The position numbers and the translations under genes are program-made. A stretch of 64,000 nucleotides of DNA from Octopus vulgaris (taxonomy: Eukaryota), in the NCBI GenBank assembly GCA_951406725.2, contig OX597827.1, positions 10,230,001 to 10,294,000 on the forward strand. Direction: 5' to 3'. Shown piece by piece: positions 21,506 through 35,392 of this stretch; the stretch's first letter is position 1, and each line of letters opens with the position of its first letter. Below the pieces are notes generated by a model. The model had not been told where the DNA came from. It saw nothing but the letters and a program-made list of their open reading frames with translations, and did no database searches.

Positions 21506-22904
21506 TGATTGATTGATTGATTGATTGATTCCAGTTCCAGCCTATGAGCTGTGGCCATGCTGGGGCACCGCCATTTGGTGTTGCTACTTGGTTTCACTTC
21601 ATGGAGGCTTTCTAGCAACTGCTATTTGGTGCATGAGAGAGTTCGATGCAGCTGCCCTCATCTGCCCCTCCTGCCGTGAAGTTGGTTCATCTGGGACACC
21701 TGACAGGAAGAGATCCAGCTTCATTTTAAAGACATCTGTATCCACCCCATGCAGGTCTCTCAGGTTCTTCGGGAGGATATTGAAGAGCTGTGGGCCTCGG
21801 AAGCCCAGGCTATCACAGAATCTTGTCCTACATCTTGATGGCAGGTTTGGAGTCCTAGGCACCACGCAGTGGCGCCCAGTTCTGGCATTTGTGTAACTCT
21901 CGATGCCAAAGTTCAGGACACTTCCCTCCAGGATCTTCCAGATGTATATTATGGCATATCTTTCCCGCCTACGCTCCAGGGAGTATAATTTTAATCTCTT
22001 GAGTCTTTCCCAGTAGCTCACACTCTGCATAGAGGCTATCTTCTTTGTGTAGCTTCGTTGGATCGCCTCAAGTTCTGTGATCAACTTGACACTGGATGGT
22101 GACCATAGCTGAGAGCAATAGTCAAAGTGGCTTAGGACAAGTGTCTTCCAGAGGACCATCATGGTTTCTTGTTCTCTTGTTCTAAAGGTTCTAAGAATCC
22201 AGCCAGCCAGCCGTCTACATTTCACTGTCAGTTTAGCAACATGTACATGAAAGGTCGCGTCATCACTCATGTGAATACCCAGGTCACGCACTGATTGTGC
22301 CTCTGGGATTGCAATCCCTCCGGGTCCAGTGTATTCATTGGGTACTGCATTCAGTTTTGCATGCTGATAGTATAAAGCTTGAAACTTTCCAGCATTGAAC
22401 TGCATGCTATTCTTTTCAGCCCACTTGTATATTTCGTCCAGCTCACATTGCAGGTTTTTAGTGTCCTCAGGGTTCTGTATTGCCTGTGAAACTTTTGTAT
22501 CATCTGCATAACTTGTGATCGTGGATCTCTGCGTGGCTGAGGGCATGTCTGAGAGGGCCATTATGAACAGTAGTGGTCCCAAAACAGTGCCCTGTGGAAC
22601 ACCACTCATTATTTGCGTGTTAATGGAAGTGGCCCCATTGGCTACTACCACCTGACTTCTATTCTTCAGAAAGTCGTGAAGCCATTCTCCTAGTTTTCCA
22701 ACTATGCCAAGATCACGCAGCCTGTGACATATCATTCCGTGATCGACTTTATCGAAGGCCTTTGCGAAGTCGAGATATATGACTTCCACATTTGAGTGGT
22801 TGAGCAGTTGTTTCAGCACCCAGTCATAGTGCTGCAGGAGCTGAGTTAAGCAGCTTCTTCCTGGTCGGAAACCATGTTGGGTGTCAGGCAGCAAGTCATT
22901 TTCT
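21502..22904 (-). mobile_element. 5'-truncated CR1-group LINE with (AATC)n tail, inserted in (TA)n
   Basis: RT ORF, short 3' UTR, (GATT)n on the plus strand at 21502-21530, TA microsatellite on both sides. Confidence 0.93.
21599..22894 (-). CDS. Non-LTR retrotransposon reverse transcriptase (CR1/L2-group ORF2 C-terminal half, no endonuclease)
   Basis: 431 uninterrupted codons: QHGFRPGRSCLTQLL, YLDFAKAFDKVDH, GVPQGTVLGPLLF, YADDTK, RDLGI, LYSLERRRERY. The ORF start is a truncation point, not a real initiation codon. Confidence 0.93.
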   Translation of the reverse strand: MLPDTQHGFRPGRSCLTQLLQHYDWVLKQLLNHSNVEVIYLDFAKAFDKVDHGMICHRLRDLGIVGKLGEWLHDFLKNRSQVVVANGATSINTQIMSGVPQGTVLGPLLFIMALSDMPSATQRSTITSYADDTKVSQAIQNPEDTKNLQCELDEIYKWAEKNSMQFNAGKFQALYYQHAKLNAVPNEYTGPGGIAIPEAQSVRDLGIHMSDDATFHVHVAKLTVKCRRLAGWILRTFRTREQETMMVLWKTLVLSHFDYCSQLWSPSSVKLITELEAIQRSYTKKIASMQSVSYWERLKRLKLYSLERRRERYAIIYIWKILEGSVLNFGIESYTNARTGRHCVVPRTPNLPSRCRTRFCDSLGFRGPQLFNILPKNLRDLHGVDTDVFKMKLDLFLSGVPDEPTSRQEGQMRAAASNSLMHQIAVARKPP

Positions 22905-22906
22905 CA

Positions 22907-22950
<44 letters not shown>

Positions 22951-23562
22951 AAAATACAAAATGGGACAAGAACGCAAAACATTCAGAAGACGATACAAAA
23001 AACACGGACGGGTCATTCGAAGCCTTTAATCTTCAGTCAAGAACTGGAACATCCTTGCAATTTCAGCTGATTATGTGTATGTATATGCATATGTATATAT
23101 ATGCATATATATACATATATATATACATACATACATACACACACACACATATATGTATATGTATGTGTGTGTGTGTATATGTATATGTGTATATATATAT
23201 ATACATATATATATATATGTATGTATGTATAATTGAAACTGAAACTGTGTCTTCTGAGTCAAGTTTGATACCACTGTAATCTTCCTACATGTGAGCTACC
23301 ATGTGTCTATTGCTTCTACTCTCAAGACACTGGCTTACACAAAGCTATAGTAGAAGTCACTTGCCCTTGGTATCATGCAATCAGACTGAATGAAACAAGT
23401 ACCATATTTTGGTGGCATATAAGACTTTAAAACAATTGTCTAAAAATCCCCCCAGGTCCTAATATATATAAAGTTCCCTTAGCTCAAAAGCTTATTTTGT
23501 CCCTGGCACTATTTTTTTTCTGAATATGCACTGCTGAAATTGAACACTTCTAACATGCCCAT

Positions 23563-23756
23563 CAGAAGTGTGTATTTCAGGTGTGCTAGGTGTGTGCTGC
23601 ACACCCATTGAAAATAGCCAATTCATTATAAATATTAACCTTGCTCATAAATTTAATGACAAATCTTAATGGAAAACTTTTGTTATGTCCCTGCTTGAAA
23701 TTTGGTGGTACTGGGTATGGCACCACACCCAATACGACAACCACTGCATGCTACTG
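23563..23756. mobile_element. Old hAT-like MITE
   Basis: Termini CAGAAGTGTG.../...GCATGCTACTG form imperfect TIRs; flanked by ATGCCCAT / ATGTCCGT (6 of 8 match, 8-bp TSD). Confidence 0.5.
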
Positions 23757-24253
23757 ATGTCCGTGTGTGTTTTATGCCATTAAATAGAATACTGAACTGG
23801 TAATAGCAACTAAAACCCTTGAAAGCATTGCTGTATGTAGTATAGCCTCCATCTAATAACCAAATCCAGTGAAAGAATTTTAGCAGTGAATAATGAGAGA
23901 AAACTCTGAAGCAGGTGTGAACATGTTCATTTTGAAAACAATATCCGAATTTAATTTCTACAAATGACAGTTCACATAAGATGTTCTTCATTTTCACAAT
24001 TCCTAATACAAACAAATATCTAATGATATAAAACCCTACTAAAGAGAATTGTATGATAAGCCAGAGTAATTTTAACAAATGATAAACATTAGCTACAATA
24101 ACATTTGCAATAACAACTATTAATGATTTACGGCCAAAGTCTTGAAATTATTCCGGGTGAATTTTTTTTTTTTTTTGGCTTTTTACTTGAACTTTTCCTG
24201 ATGTCTTACTTTTTAACATTTTTTTTTGTTTTTTGTTTTTTGATATTTTGCGG

Positions 24254-24294
<41 letters not shown>

Positions 24295-24626
24295 TGCTAT
24301 CTTTAATTCTGAACAATATGTCGGATTAATATCTCACATGTTGTGACATTTAAACATGTTAGATATAGGTAAACAAGCTCTCGTTAATGGGAGTTAGAAT
24401 ACTTAATGATAATGGTAAAACAAACTGTGCATGTTTGTGCATGTTTATATATATATATATTTGTGCATTTGTGTGTATGTGTGCATGCGTGTGTGTGTAT
24501 GTATGTATGTATATAGGCATACAAAGATACAAGTAAACATACGTGCATACATACACACACACATATATATCAGTAATGTTGGCACTTGGTAGCATTTATA
24601 TTTGATCATTAGGACAATTTATATAA

Positions 24627-24665
<39 letters not shown>

Positions 24666-25469
24666 CGTGAGTGTATTGACAATGAAACATTTTTTCACTC
24701 AGTTTGAGAAAATAATATCCATCCATTTTGACAAACATTTCTCTCTTGTTCTCTCTGAATCATGAATGCTGTTTATACTGCTTTTATGAGAATGTTTGAT
24801 AATATAGGTGGAACATATTAGCTGCTGTAATAAAATAATCATTGACTATGAGAAATATCTGAGATTAAAATAAACAATAAGAAATAAAGAAAAAAAATGA
24901 TGATATTAAGCCGAGTCTATAGCTATAAAAATGAAAGATATTGCTGATCATAATAGAGATAGGAAATTGATATTTGTTCAGTAGCCATCACTGATAATCA
25001 TACAATTATTACATACCCTAACATCCACCATTAATTTCATCTCATTCTTTTAATCTAGCCATATTGATAGGCTCCAGAAAATTTAATTTATATTTGCTAA
25101 TTAAATTAAGGAAAAGAAAAGAAAAGATCCTTTTTTTTAATGCTTTTATTCTTTCCAATTGCAAGCTTGTGTAAGGAGGAATAATTATAGAAAATTCATT
25201 TCCAAACAGAAAAGTAAGTAACTTTATTAAATTGTGTATCAAGCTGAGATTAATGCACAACAAAAGAAAACAAAAAATTATACTTAATAATTGAAGGAAA
25301 ATCTGCTAATGAGTAAGTCGGAATTTCTACCTTTTTCTTAACTCTTTTCTCAAGTGGTACTTTTACCAGAATTGGATAAAAATGAATAAAAAATAAATAA
25401 ACAAGTTCTGTAGTTTAAATTACTTTTACTGAAAAATATTAACTCTTTTTTTTTTTTTTTTTGGTTTAT

Positions 25470-25860
25470 TTGTTTCAGTCATTGAACTGTTGCCATTCTG
25501 GGATACCACCTTGACATGTTTTAAGCCAATGAAATAAGCCTTGGTATTTAACTTTTAAGTCGGTTACTTATTCTACCAAAATGCTAAGTTACTGAGATGT
25601 AAACAAACCAACACTGGCTGTTAAGCAGGAGAGATATAAATACAAGCATACAAAGACGCACAGACACACACACATATATGAAAGACACACATACATAATA
25701 TATATATATGAAAGACTTCTACACCATTTCTGTCAACCAAATTCACTAACTGCATTGTTTGTTAGGAACTATAGTAGGAGACCCTGGCTCAACATGCCAC
25801 TCAGTTGGGGTTGAACCTGAAACCATTTAATTGTAAAGTAAACATCTTAACTACATAGCC
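25470..25860 (-). mobile_element. Family B SINE, highly diverged
   Basis: TGTTTCAGTCATTGAACTG...TACTTATTCTA...CTGTCAACCAAATTCACT...TGAACCTGAAACCAT. Confidence 0.65.
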
Positions 25861-26777
25861 TATATAGAGATACACATACACACAAACACATGCATATATT
25901 TACATATATATATGTGAGTTTGTGTGTGTGTGTGTTTATATGTATATATGTATGTGTGTGTATGTATATTTATGTGAGTATGTATATATATATATATATA
26001 TATATACACAAATATACATACACACTCACATACATATATATATATATATGTAAATATTTACACACACATATATATGTATATGTATGTGTATAGATATATA
26101 TGTATATAAACACATATAAATATATGTATATATCTATGGACGTGAGTAAATGTATAATTTGTTTTTTTCAAATCACGTTCCATAGACTGAAAATCTTGAA
26201 GTGGATGTATACATGTATGTATTTGTATGTATGTGTGTGTGTGTGTCTGTGTGGTGTGTGCATGTGAGTGTGTGTGTGTTTAAAATAAAGCAGAAATAAT
26301 GGAAGAAAGTAGATATTGAAAAGACAGACACAACACAAAAAAATAAATAAATGTCCACTGAAGCAATAACTATTAGAGTAAAATAAATAAATAAAAAAAA
26401 TTTAATGGAACAAAAAAATGGATAAGAAACGGAATGAATGAAAAAAAACCATTGGCTAAAGAATATTAGAATGCTGACATTTCTGTGGAGAATAATTAAA
26501 CAGTAGAAACAGAAAGATATGGAAACAGACAAAAATTGTAGATAAAATAACAAAAATGGAGAAATGTGTGAGACAGTTGGTATTATTTTCAAATAAAATA
26601 TTTCAACCTTAATTCTCTCCGGAGGGTTTCTTATATTTTTTTACTATCACCATTCGCCTGAGTAGAGCTCAGTTTTGAAAGAAATGTCAGCTGTATTGAT
26701 ATGTGAAAGCTGATAGAATGTTGGATGTGGATAACTAGGAGCAGAAAGATAAGAATTGTATATGGAAATTATACAGG

Positions 26778-26813
<36 letters not shown>

Positions 26814-28109
26814 GAAATGGCAATAAAAAGGTAGACGAAGGGTAAGAGTAACTGAGAAGGTAAAGGAAAAAGAAAATAAAGAAGGTTAACTGAGAAATGA
26901 GAGGAAAAGAAGAGAAGAAAGATATTGAAATGTGAAAGTGAAAGTAAGAGTGAATGAAAAAGAGAAAGAGTTGGGGGAGAGAGAGAGAGAGAGAGAGAGA
27001 GAGTAAGGCTGAATATAGAAAAAGAGACAAGTGAAAACAGGTAACGAGAGAGGTAAAGGAGAGAATATTTTGGAAAAGAAAAAAGTAAATTTAGACAAAA
27101 GAAAACAAAAATAAAAGAGTGTGTACATGAGAGAGCATAAGAGAAAGTGAGAGAGAGAGAGGGAGAGAGAGAGAGAGCAGAAGGGAGAAGGATAGAAAAA
27201 GTGTATAGGTGTACAGGAGGTGGATAGAGAACAGATGAAAGAAAAGGAAATAGAAAGTAACATATAGAAATGTTATGTTGAGAGATGGGAAAATATCGAA
27301 GAGAAAAGCTAAAATGGCTGCTGTGTGTAGATTTTGCAATGTTCAGAACAAACAAGATTCTATATACTGGCAGCTTGTTCATGAATTGGACATCAATTTG
27401 TTCATTTCCCTTCCAAAATATCTTCAATATGCGACAACATTTTCAGAGGAACAGTTTTCAATAGCACTATTAAAGACTGGAGAATGTAATGGGGCCTGAT
27501 AAACATTTTTTCCAATTATTCTATTTGCTTATGAATCATGAGGTGCCAAAATAAATTTTGTTCTATGCTATTCACTCTTCATAGAAACGAGTGAACATTT
27601 TCCAAGCCAAAGAGTGAATCCTTACTTGGTAAATATTTTTTGCTTCAATCAATAAGCAAAGATTACTTTCCATTCTTCCATTGATGGAATCTAACCACTG
27701 AAGCAGATAGTGCCAGAAAGATTTACCAAAACTAAAATTCATCACGAGAAAGGAAAATCAAAAAGAAAAAAAAAATATTACACAAGCAGAAACAATTTTC
27801 AATTCTATGAAAATTAATTTTGAAAAATTGGATTTATATGCAATTAAGTCATAGACAATATCTTTCATATAAGAAATATATATGAAAATATTTCTTGTCT
27901 CACCTTCAAACTCTCATTCAGGTTCCATCCCTCCTACTAATTTCTCTTCCTATGTTTAATTTTCTGTCTCCCCTTATCTCTTTTAATATCTTTCTTAGCC
28001 TCTATTTAATTATATGTATTTTTATTTCCTACCTTCATCTATGTGTCTGCTTGTTTTTTTTTCTCAATTTATCTACTGAACTCCTTCCCTCACAAATCTT
28101 GAGTTTTCG

Positions 28110-28168
<59 letters not shown>

Positions 28169-28303
28169 CATACATATATGTTTGCAAACGTTTAGAAACA
28201 CAAACACCTACATGCACATATATATATAGGTGTGTGTGTATAAATGTATGTAAATAGTATAACCCATGCCAGTATGGAAAATAGACGTTAAATGTTGATG
28301 ATG

Positions 28304-28338
<35 letters not shown>

Positions 28339-29269
28339 GTCACTTCTTTCCTTTTCTCTTGCATTAAAAGAGATATCAAAAATTTTTGGTGTGATTTTGT
28401 TTTTATTTTGTTTGTTTGCTTTTTTTCCCCATGAAAACAAAAACAGAAATGAATCAAGAATATCCAATAAGAAAAACTAACAAACATTTCCCCAACACCA
28501 GAAGCAATAAATCTTTGCAAATATTTTAAAGTAATTGCTTTTCTCCAGTGGAAAAAAAAAAAGTAAAAAACAATAAAAAAAAATAATGAAATAAATTAAA
28601 TGAAATAAATAAAGATATAAAAAAAATAAATGACAACAAGAACAGCAACAACAACTACAACATCAGCTAGAATAACAACCAGAATCCCTACTACCTCTCG
28701 ACTTGAAACACAAACATAACATACACCCTCTCTGTCCTCTCTTTCTCAATCTATTTTTCTATTTATCTAGCTATCTATCTTTATATGTCTGTATCTTTCT
28801 CTCTCTCAATTTCTGCATCTCTCACACATTCTCTCTGTCTCTCTCTGTCTCTCTCTTTTACTTTTACTCATTCACACTCTCACATACATACAAACATATG
28901 CAGCCAATCCGGGCTGATCAATGGTTATTTGAAAACTAAACACCATAGGAACTAGATTGGAGTTCAAGTTTTAATGACTTAAAAGTAGGCTTTTGTCTTT
29001 GGCAAGTAAACCTTACAATCTCGTCTAATTAGCCATCAATTGCAAACTACTTTTGTGTACCCAATCTAGTTGCAAGCAATCACTTTATCTACTGATCTTA
29101 TCAGTATGTAATTTGCAAACGTTTTCTTCTTTTCCTTCTTTCTTTCTGTTTTTATACTTTTCATTTCCATCTTTTATTTTTCTACCTCATCATCCATCAT
29201 CTCCTCAGCAAACTGTTCAACTGAATTCCTGTGTGAACTCATGCCTCACTTTCGCAATTCAACTTTATC

Positions 29270-29940
29270 ATCTTCATCTCCCTCATTATTGCAATCACCA
29301 TCACCATCACCGTCGCTGTCTCTGTCGTCGCTGTCACCTTCTTCACACTCTGCTGCTGGTCCTGTTGTTTGTCGTCGATAGTTACCATTGTGTTGATTCT
29401 CATCGTCAATGTTGTTGTTGTAATCTTGGTTATCATAATTGTCGATAATGTTATTGCAATAATTTTTGTTGTTATTGTAATTGGGATCAGCATCAAAAAT
29501 TGTCATCATTTTTGTCATCATCAATATCATCATCATCAATATCATCATCATCATTATCGTTGCTGCCACCACCAGCACCACTGTTAGCTCAAGCACAAGC
29601 ACCTGCACCAATACCAGTACCACCAGCACCACAACCACCTGCACCAGCATCATCCTCCTCATCATCATCATCTTCATCATCCTTATCATAACCATCCTCA
29701 TCATTATCTTCCTCATGCTCACTGTCATCCTTATCATCAACATCATCATCATTCCCATCACCACCACCACCACCATCATCATCATAATCATCATGATCAT
29801 CATGATCATCATCAACATCATCATCATTCCCATCACCACCACCACCACCACCATCATCATCATAATCATCATCATCATCATCATCCTCCTCCTCCTCCTC
29901 CTCCTCATCATCATCATCATTATCGTCGTCATCATCATTC
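29270..29940. repeat. Mosaic trinucleotide low-complexity tract (ATC/ACC/TCC/GTT)
   Basis: Read directly; includes an internal duplication with about 75-bp period (ATTCCC at 29751 and 29826). Confidence 0.9.
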
Positions 29941-30345
29941 TACATTCTTCTACATAGTTTCCTTCTTACTTTCAAATTTCTGAGACTGTTATTGCTGCTG
30001 TTGTTGTTCCCTCTTCTCCTCCTCCTCCTCCTCCTTTTTCTACTCCCACATCTTCCTCTGCTTCTCCACCCATTCAAAATTATGTAATAGATTATCCACT
30101 CAAATGCATTGCTCTTCAGTTGCCTTTCTTCACTACATCACCTTTTACAAACCTCTTGATAGCAATTAACAGAAATCAAAAACCAGGAAAAACAAAAAAA
30201 ATCTCTATATAGAATTTTCAATTGGCCATTCTGGATAAGCATCCTTAAACAATATACACGTATGTGTAAGTGTGTGTACACACACACATACATATATGTA
30301 TATACATTATATATACACACAGGCACACATATATATACATATATA

Positions 30346-30428
<83 letters not shown>

Positions 30429-30430
30429 CA

Positions 30431-30589
30431 CATCATCATCATCATCATCATCATTTAGCGTCCGCTTTCCATGCTAGCATGGGTTGTGGGTTGGACGGTT
30501 CAACTGGGGTCTGTGAAGCCAGAAGGCTGCATCAGGCCCAGTCTGATCTGGCAGTGTTTCTACGGCTGGATGCCCTTCCTAACGCCAAC
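30431..30589 (-). mobile_element. Family A repeat fragment
   Basis: (ATC)n then TTTAGCGTCCGCTTTCCATGCTAGC...GGATGCCCTTCCTAACGCCAAC, embedded in (TA)n. Confidence 0.88.
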
Positions 30590-31115
30590 ATATATATATA
30601 TATATACACACATAAACATACATATATATATACATATATATATATACATATTTATATATATATAGATACATACATATATATATCTAAATATACGTATACA
30701 CTTACACATTTGCGCACATGTGTATATATACATATATGACAGGAGAGAAATTCTGCCTCACAAATTTTGTCTGACCCATTCAAGCATGTAAAAGGGAACA
30801 TAAAAACGACGATAATGATGAGAGTTAAATGACAATTATATTCACAAACAATAACATAGGACATAGAATTTCCTGCGAAATTGTTAGATCAATGTTTCAA
30901 TGCAAGTCAGATGTTCAAGTTAAGGATTTAGGTGGGCCACAACTGTGTTCAACTTAAATCCATAGCTTGCATATCTGAAACTTAAAGTCATATATTAATT
31001 GCTTGTTAGTATGATCATCAGAAAACTATATTGTGAATCTTTTCTCTCTTCATATAGCTGAGTGTTCTTTCATTTTTACAATGAACCACAGTCAATGATA
31101 TATATATATATATAT

Positions 31116-31484
31116 CTCTTTTACTTGTTTCAGTCATTTGACTGCGGCCATGCTGGAGCACCGCCTTTAGTCGAGCAACTCGACCCCGGGACTTATTCTT
31201 TTTGTAAGCCCAGTACTTATTCTATCGGTCACTTTTTGCCGAACCGCTAAGTGACGGGGACGTAAATACACCAGCATCGGTTGTCAAGCAATGCTAGGGG
31301 AACAGACACACAAACACACACACATACATATATATATACACACATATATACGACAGGCTTCTTTCAGTTTCCGTCTACCAAATCCACTCACAAGGCATTG
31401 GTCGGCCCGGGGCTATAGCAGAAGACACTTGCCCGGAACCATGTGGTCGGTTAGCAAGCTACTTATCACGCAGCCACTCCTGCG

Positions 31485-31487
<3 letters not shown>
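31116..31487 (-). mobile_element. Family B SINE
   Basis: Consensus match with a deletion around the B box; flanked by (TA)n. Confidence 0.9.
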
Positions 31488-31522
<35 letters not shown>

Positions 31523-32432
31523 TGAAGGAAGCTCATTGTAGATATATATATATATACACACATATATATGTATACAATGAGCTCCTTTCACTTTCTTTCC
31601 ATTTACCAAATCCACTGATAATGCTGAAGATACTTGCCCAAAGTATCATGCAGTGGGTCTGAACCCAAAACCATGAGGTTGGCACGTAAACTATTCACCA
31701 CACAGCTACAATGTCACCTATATATACACACACATGTGTGTGGGAGGGAGGAGAGAATGAGAAAGAGAGAGAGAGGGAGAGAAAGAGAATGTATAGCAAT
31801 AGAAAAACAGGTTTCTTTTCCAAACATATTATATATACAAAACTCTACTATGTTCACGTTTCAACATTTAGTTATTAATCACTTTTTCATATTTCCTTAT
31901 TGTTCTTTAATTATGATCAAGAACAATCATGTTCCTAAATGCTTAGATCTGATATTTTTATAATATCCATAATCTAATTCTGAAATTAAACCATTGTCGT
32001 GATGTATGGTTCAGATACTCTATAGTAAAGCAGAAAAGGTTGAAGGAGTAATTACATAACAGATGAAAATTCTCAATGCTGAACTTAATATTATATAATG
32101 TGAAATCCTGATAGCTTGCATAATATTTTGATATATATATATATATTTATATATTATGTTTGGTTTATGTATGTGTGTAATTCATATGAATATTTTTAGG
32201 TAGAAATGCAGGGTTACTGTGACTTCTTTGTTAGTAATAGCTTGTCCAATGGACTGATGCCAGAAAACCTTGAAATCACAATCGCCCTCTATGTTGTTAT
32301 TGAATAATATACTTAGACCCTGTCCCTGTATTGATCCTGTGCTTAGAGTGTGTTACCTGTTATTTCTAATGTAATTTTAAGAATACGGACATCAAATACA
32401 TACAAATATGCATACACACACACACACATATA

Positions 32433-32463
<31 letters not shown>

Positions 32464-33305
32464 CTGTATGTATGTATACACACTTATAAATATAATGTAC
32501 ATATTTGTGTTTAATTTGATTATATCACTCTAACTCTACAGTAATAGCCTCGTATTAATATTCACAATAGCACATATTCGTATTCCTCTCATCTCTCATA
32601 TTTGTGATTGTGTATGTCCATCTGCGTGTCTATTTGACTGTATGTAATTGCGTGTGTTTGTTTGCATGTATGTGTATGTTTCCATACACAAACACACACA
32701 CAGAGGCACACGCGTGCATGCACACATGTGCACACACACACAACTATAAACATATACAAATATTCTGATAATGAGAGAGATACCTACAATCATTCTGCAA
32801 CAATCCCACACCTGATCTTCACCACTCTGCTCGACATCAGCACGCATCACATTATATCAAGCCGTTTTAATTGAAAGAATGGACATCTCTCTGATGAAGT
32901 CATTCTGTGGTTAATTCCAATGTAGCGTCCAAACATCAGAAGCAGCTTGCATTGCTAAGCTAAGCTGGAGAAGATGAAACAATTTTTAGTAAGATTAATG
33001 ACACAGAAACAGTTCTACTTATTATGCTTGTTTCATGATGTGTAGGTAGCGAGGTTTAACAGCATTAATGATATTTTAATATTTTATACCAATCACATAG
33101 CTTCAAAAGGATCAGTTGTGACTGTCAGAAAACAGAAACAATTGCAAAATGGCTGCAGTCTGATCTGATGATCGGTGAGTCTTTTTCATCAGCCTTCGTC
33201 ATATTTTATCTCTTTTAAGCCTAAAATAAATTCTGTTTCAACTTATTTTCTTTTGAACGTGTGGGTATATGATTAGTAGTTTAAAGCAGAAAAATCGGAA
33301 TATAT

Positions 33306-33358
<53 letters not shown>

Positions 33359-33436
33359 CATGTATATATATATATATGTGTATGTATATATATATCTAAA
33401 TATATACATATATATATGTATGTTTATATGTATATA

Positions 33437-33468
<32 letters not shown>

Positions 33469-33500
33469 CATACATATATGTATATATGTATGTATCTATA

Positions 33501-33575
<75 letters not shown>

Positions 33576-33834
33576 ACGTGTGCGTGCCTCTGTGTGTCTA
33601 TGTATACCAAAGATTATTTTGGTAGGGATAGCTGGATGTGAATATATATATTAGACAATAATACCACCTATGGCAGCAGCTTACCAATCTCAAGTTGCGA
33701 ATCCACATAATGGACTCAGCAGGTTCTCTTACTTAGAGTGACCTTCTTATTTGCAATATTGACCACAACAAATGTTCCATTAGAGAAGTCTATGATGAAG
33801 TCTATAAAATATTAAGCCTCCCAGTCTTATGTGT

Positions 33835-33874
<40 letters not shown>

Positions 33875-33887
33875 ATCTATACACATC

Positions 33888-33925
<38 letters not shown>

Positions 33926-34033
33926 TATATATATATATACATACATACACATATACATATATATTTATAGATATATATGTATAAATGTACATACATTGAA
34001 AAATTCATATTGACTGGTGTATTTGCCTAATGG

Positions 34034-34072
<39 letters not shown>

Positions 34073-34848
34073 ATATAATATGAATATGTTGTGCGTTTAT
34101 AATAATGTAAATGTAATTGCGTACATATATGTATATCTACATATGCATATGCATACAATGCACAACACAAACACTTATGTATGTGTAGTATATCTAGATG
34201 TCTGAATATATATGTGTGCATGTGTATGTGCATGTATGTTTGTATGTGTATGCATGTTTGTACGTGTGTTATGTACACGAAAATATGTATATAACATTGC
34301 GTACCTCGAAGGCAAAATTTCCAAAGCAAATGCCCTAACATTCAGAATCTAAACACTTTCTCAATTCAGGAAATATGGTTGCTTCAATTCTGATTCAATA
34401 GGTAAATTATGTAATTAAAGACGTTCGTGCATTGCCATGGGGGCTAACAGTGAATAATGATGGATACAAAATAAATGTTTAATACTGTAATATATAAAAT
34501 AGCTAGAAATATAAATTCACAGCAGGGTATGAAACATAGTCATACAGCAAATATTATTTATATTTCAAAAATATAGTTTCATGTGAGAGTTTTTTTTTAT
34601 TTATTTATAATTTAGTATTTATTTACCATAGAGAAATTACATTAAGTAAACCCTGTTTCCTTATTGAAGAATAATAAGGGGGTATATGAATTGGATGTGA
34701 GGGCGATAAAATTGATAAATTACACAAAAAGATAAAAATTTCGGAAAATATTAACATGTGTATGAATTGGTATGTGTGTGCAAGTGTTTGTACATCAACA
34801 TGTTCATGCATACATACACACATCTATATATCTATATAATATATATAC

Positions 34849-34895
<47 letters not shown>

Positions 34896-35124
34896 CTCAC
34901 ACAAACATATATATATATGCATATATATGTTTGTATGTATGTAAATGTAAATGTCTCTGTGTTTGTGTATTCATACATACATTATGTTTATATGGGGAGA
35001 ATTCCTTGTTTAGACATGTACTGGATGCAGGATTGGATTGAATTCTAGTTGTATTACTTTTATAAATTTTTTCCATACTCATATATAGATTATCTATAAC
35101 CCTTCAAGCCAAGCAAAATCACAT

Positions 35125-35392
35125 TCATGTCAGATACTGGTGTCATGCAAATTGGCACCCATGCCAGTGGCACGTAAATTCACCTCAGTGTCACGCAAAT
35201 GACACCCATGCTGGTGGCATGTAAAAGCACCTATTAAACCCTCAGAGTGGTTTGTGTTAGGAAGGACATCCAGCCATAGAAAACCATGCCAAATCAGACT
35301 GGAGTCTTGTGCAGCTTTCCAGTATATCAGCTCTGGTCAAACTGTCCTACCCAGTTTGACAACAGACGTTAAATGATGATGATGATGATGAT
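35125..35392 (+). mobile_element. Family A repeat, diverged
   Basis: GTGGCACGTAAA-like subrepeats, GTTAGGAAGGACATCCAGCC, GACGTTAAATGATGATG tail. Confidence 0.8.

Noticed and set aside
21599-22894. Domesticated host RT gene
   Set aside because: Starts mid-domain at a truncation, retains the LINE 3' tail and sits in a microsatellite
26173-27427. Hydrophobic F/L/S-rich ORFs resembling membrane proteins
   Set aside because: Reverse-strand reading of purine-rich low-complexity (GA/AAAG) sequence
29246-29957. Long ORFs rich in Met, Ile, His, Ser or Asp (also 35599-35871, 54933-55295)
   Set aside because: Translations of trinucleotide microsatellites, open on both strands, with no splice or domain evidence
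32891-33171. CTGATGA motifs at 32891 and 33165 as hammerhead cores or snoRNA boxes
   Set aside because: No stem II followed by GAAA and no convincing terminal stems
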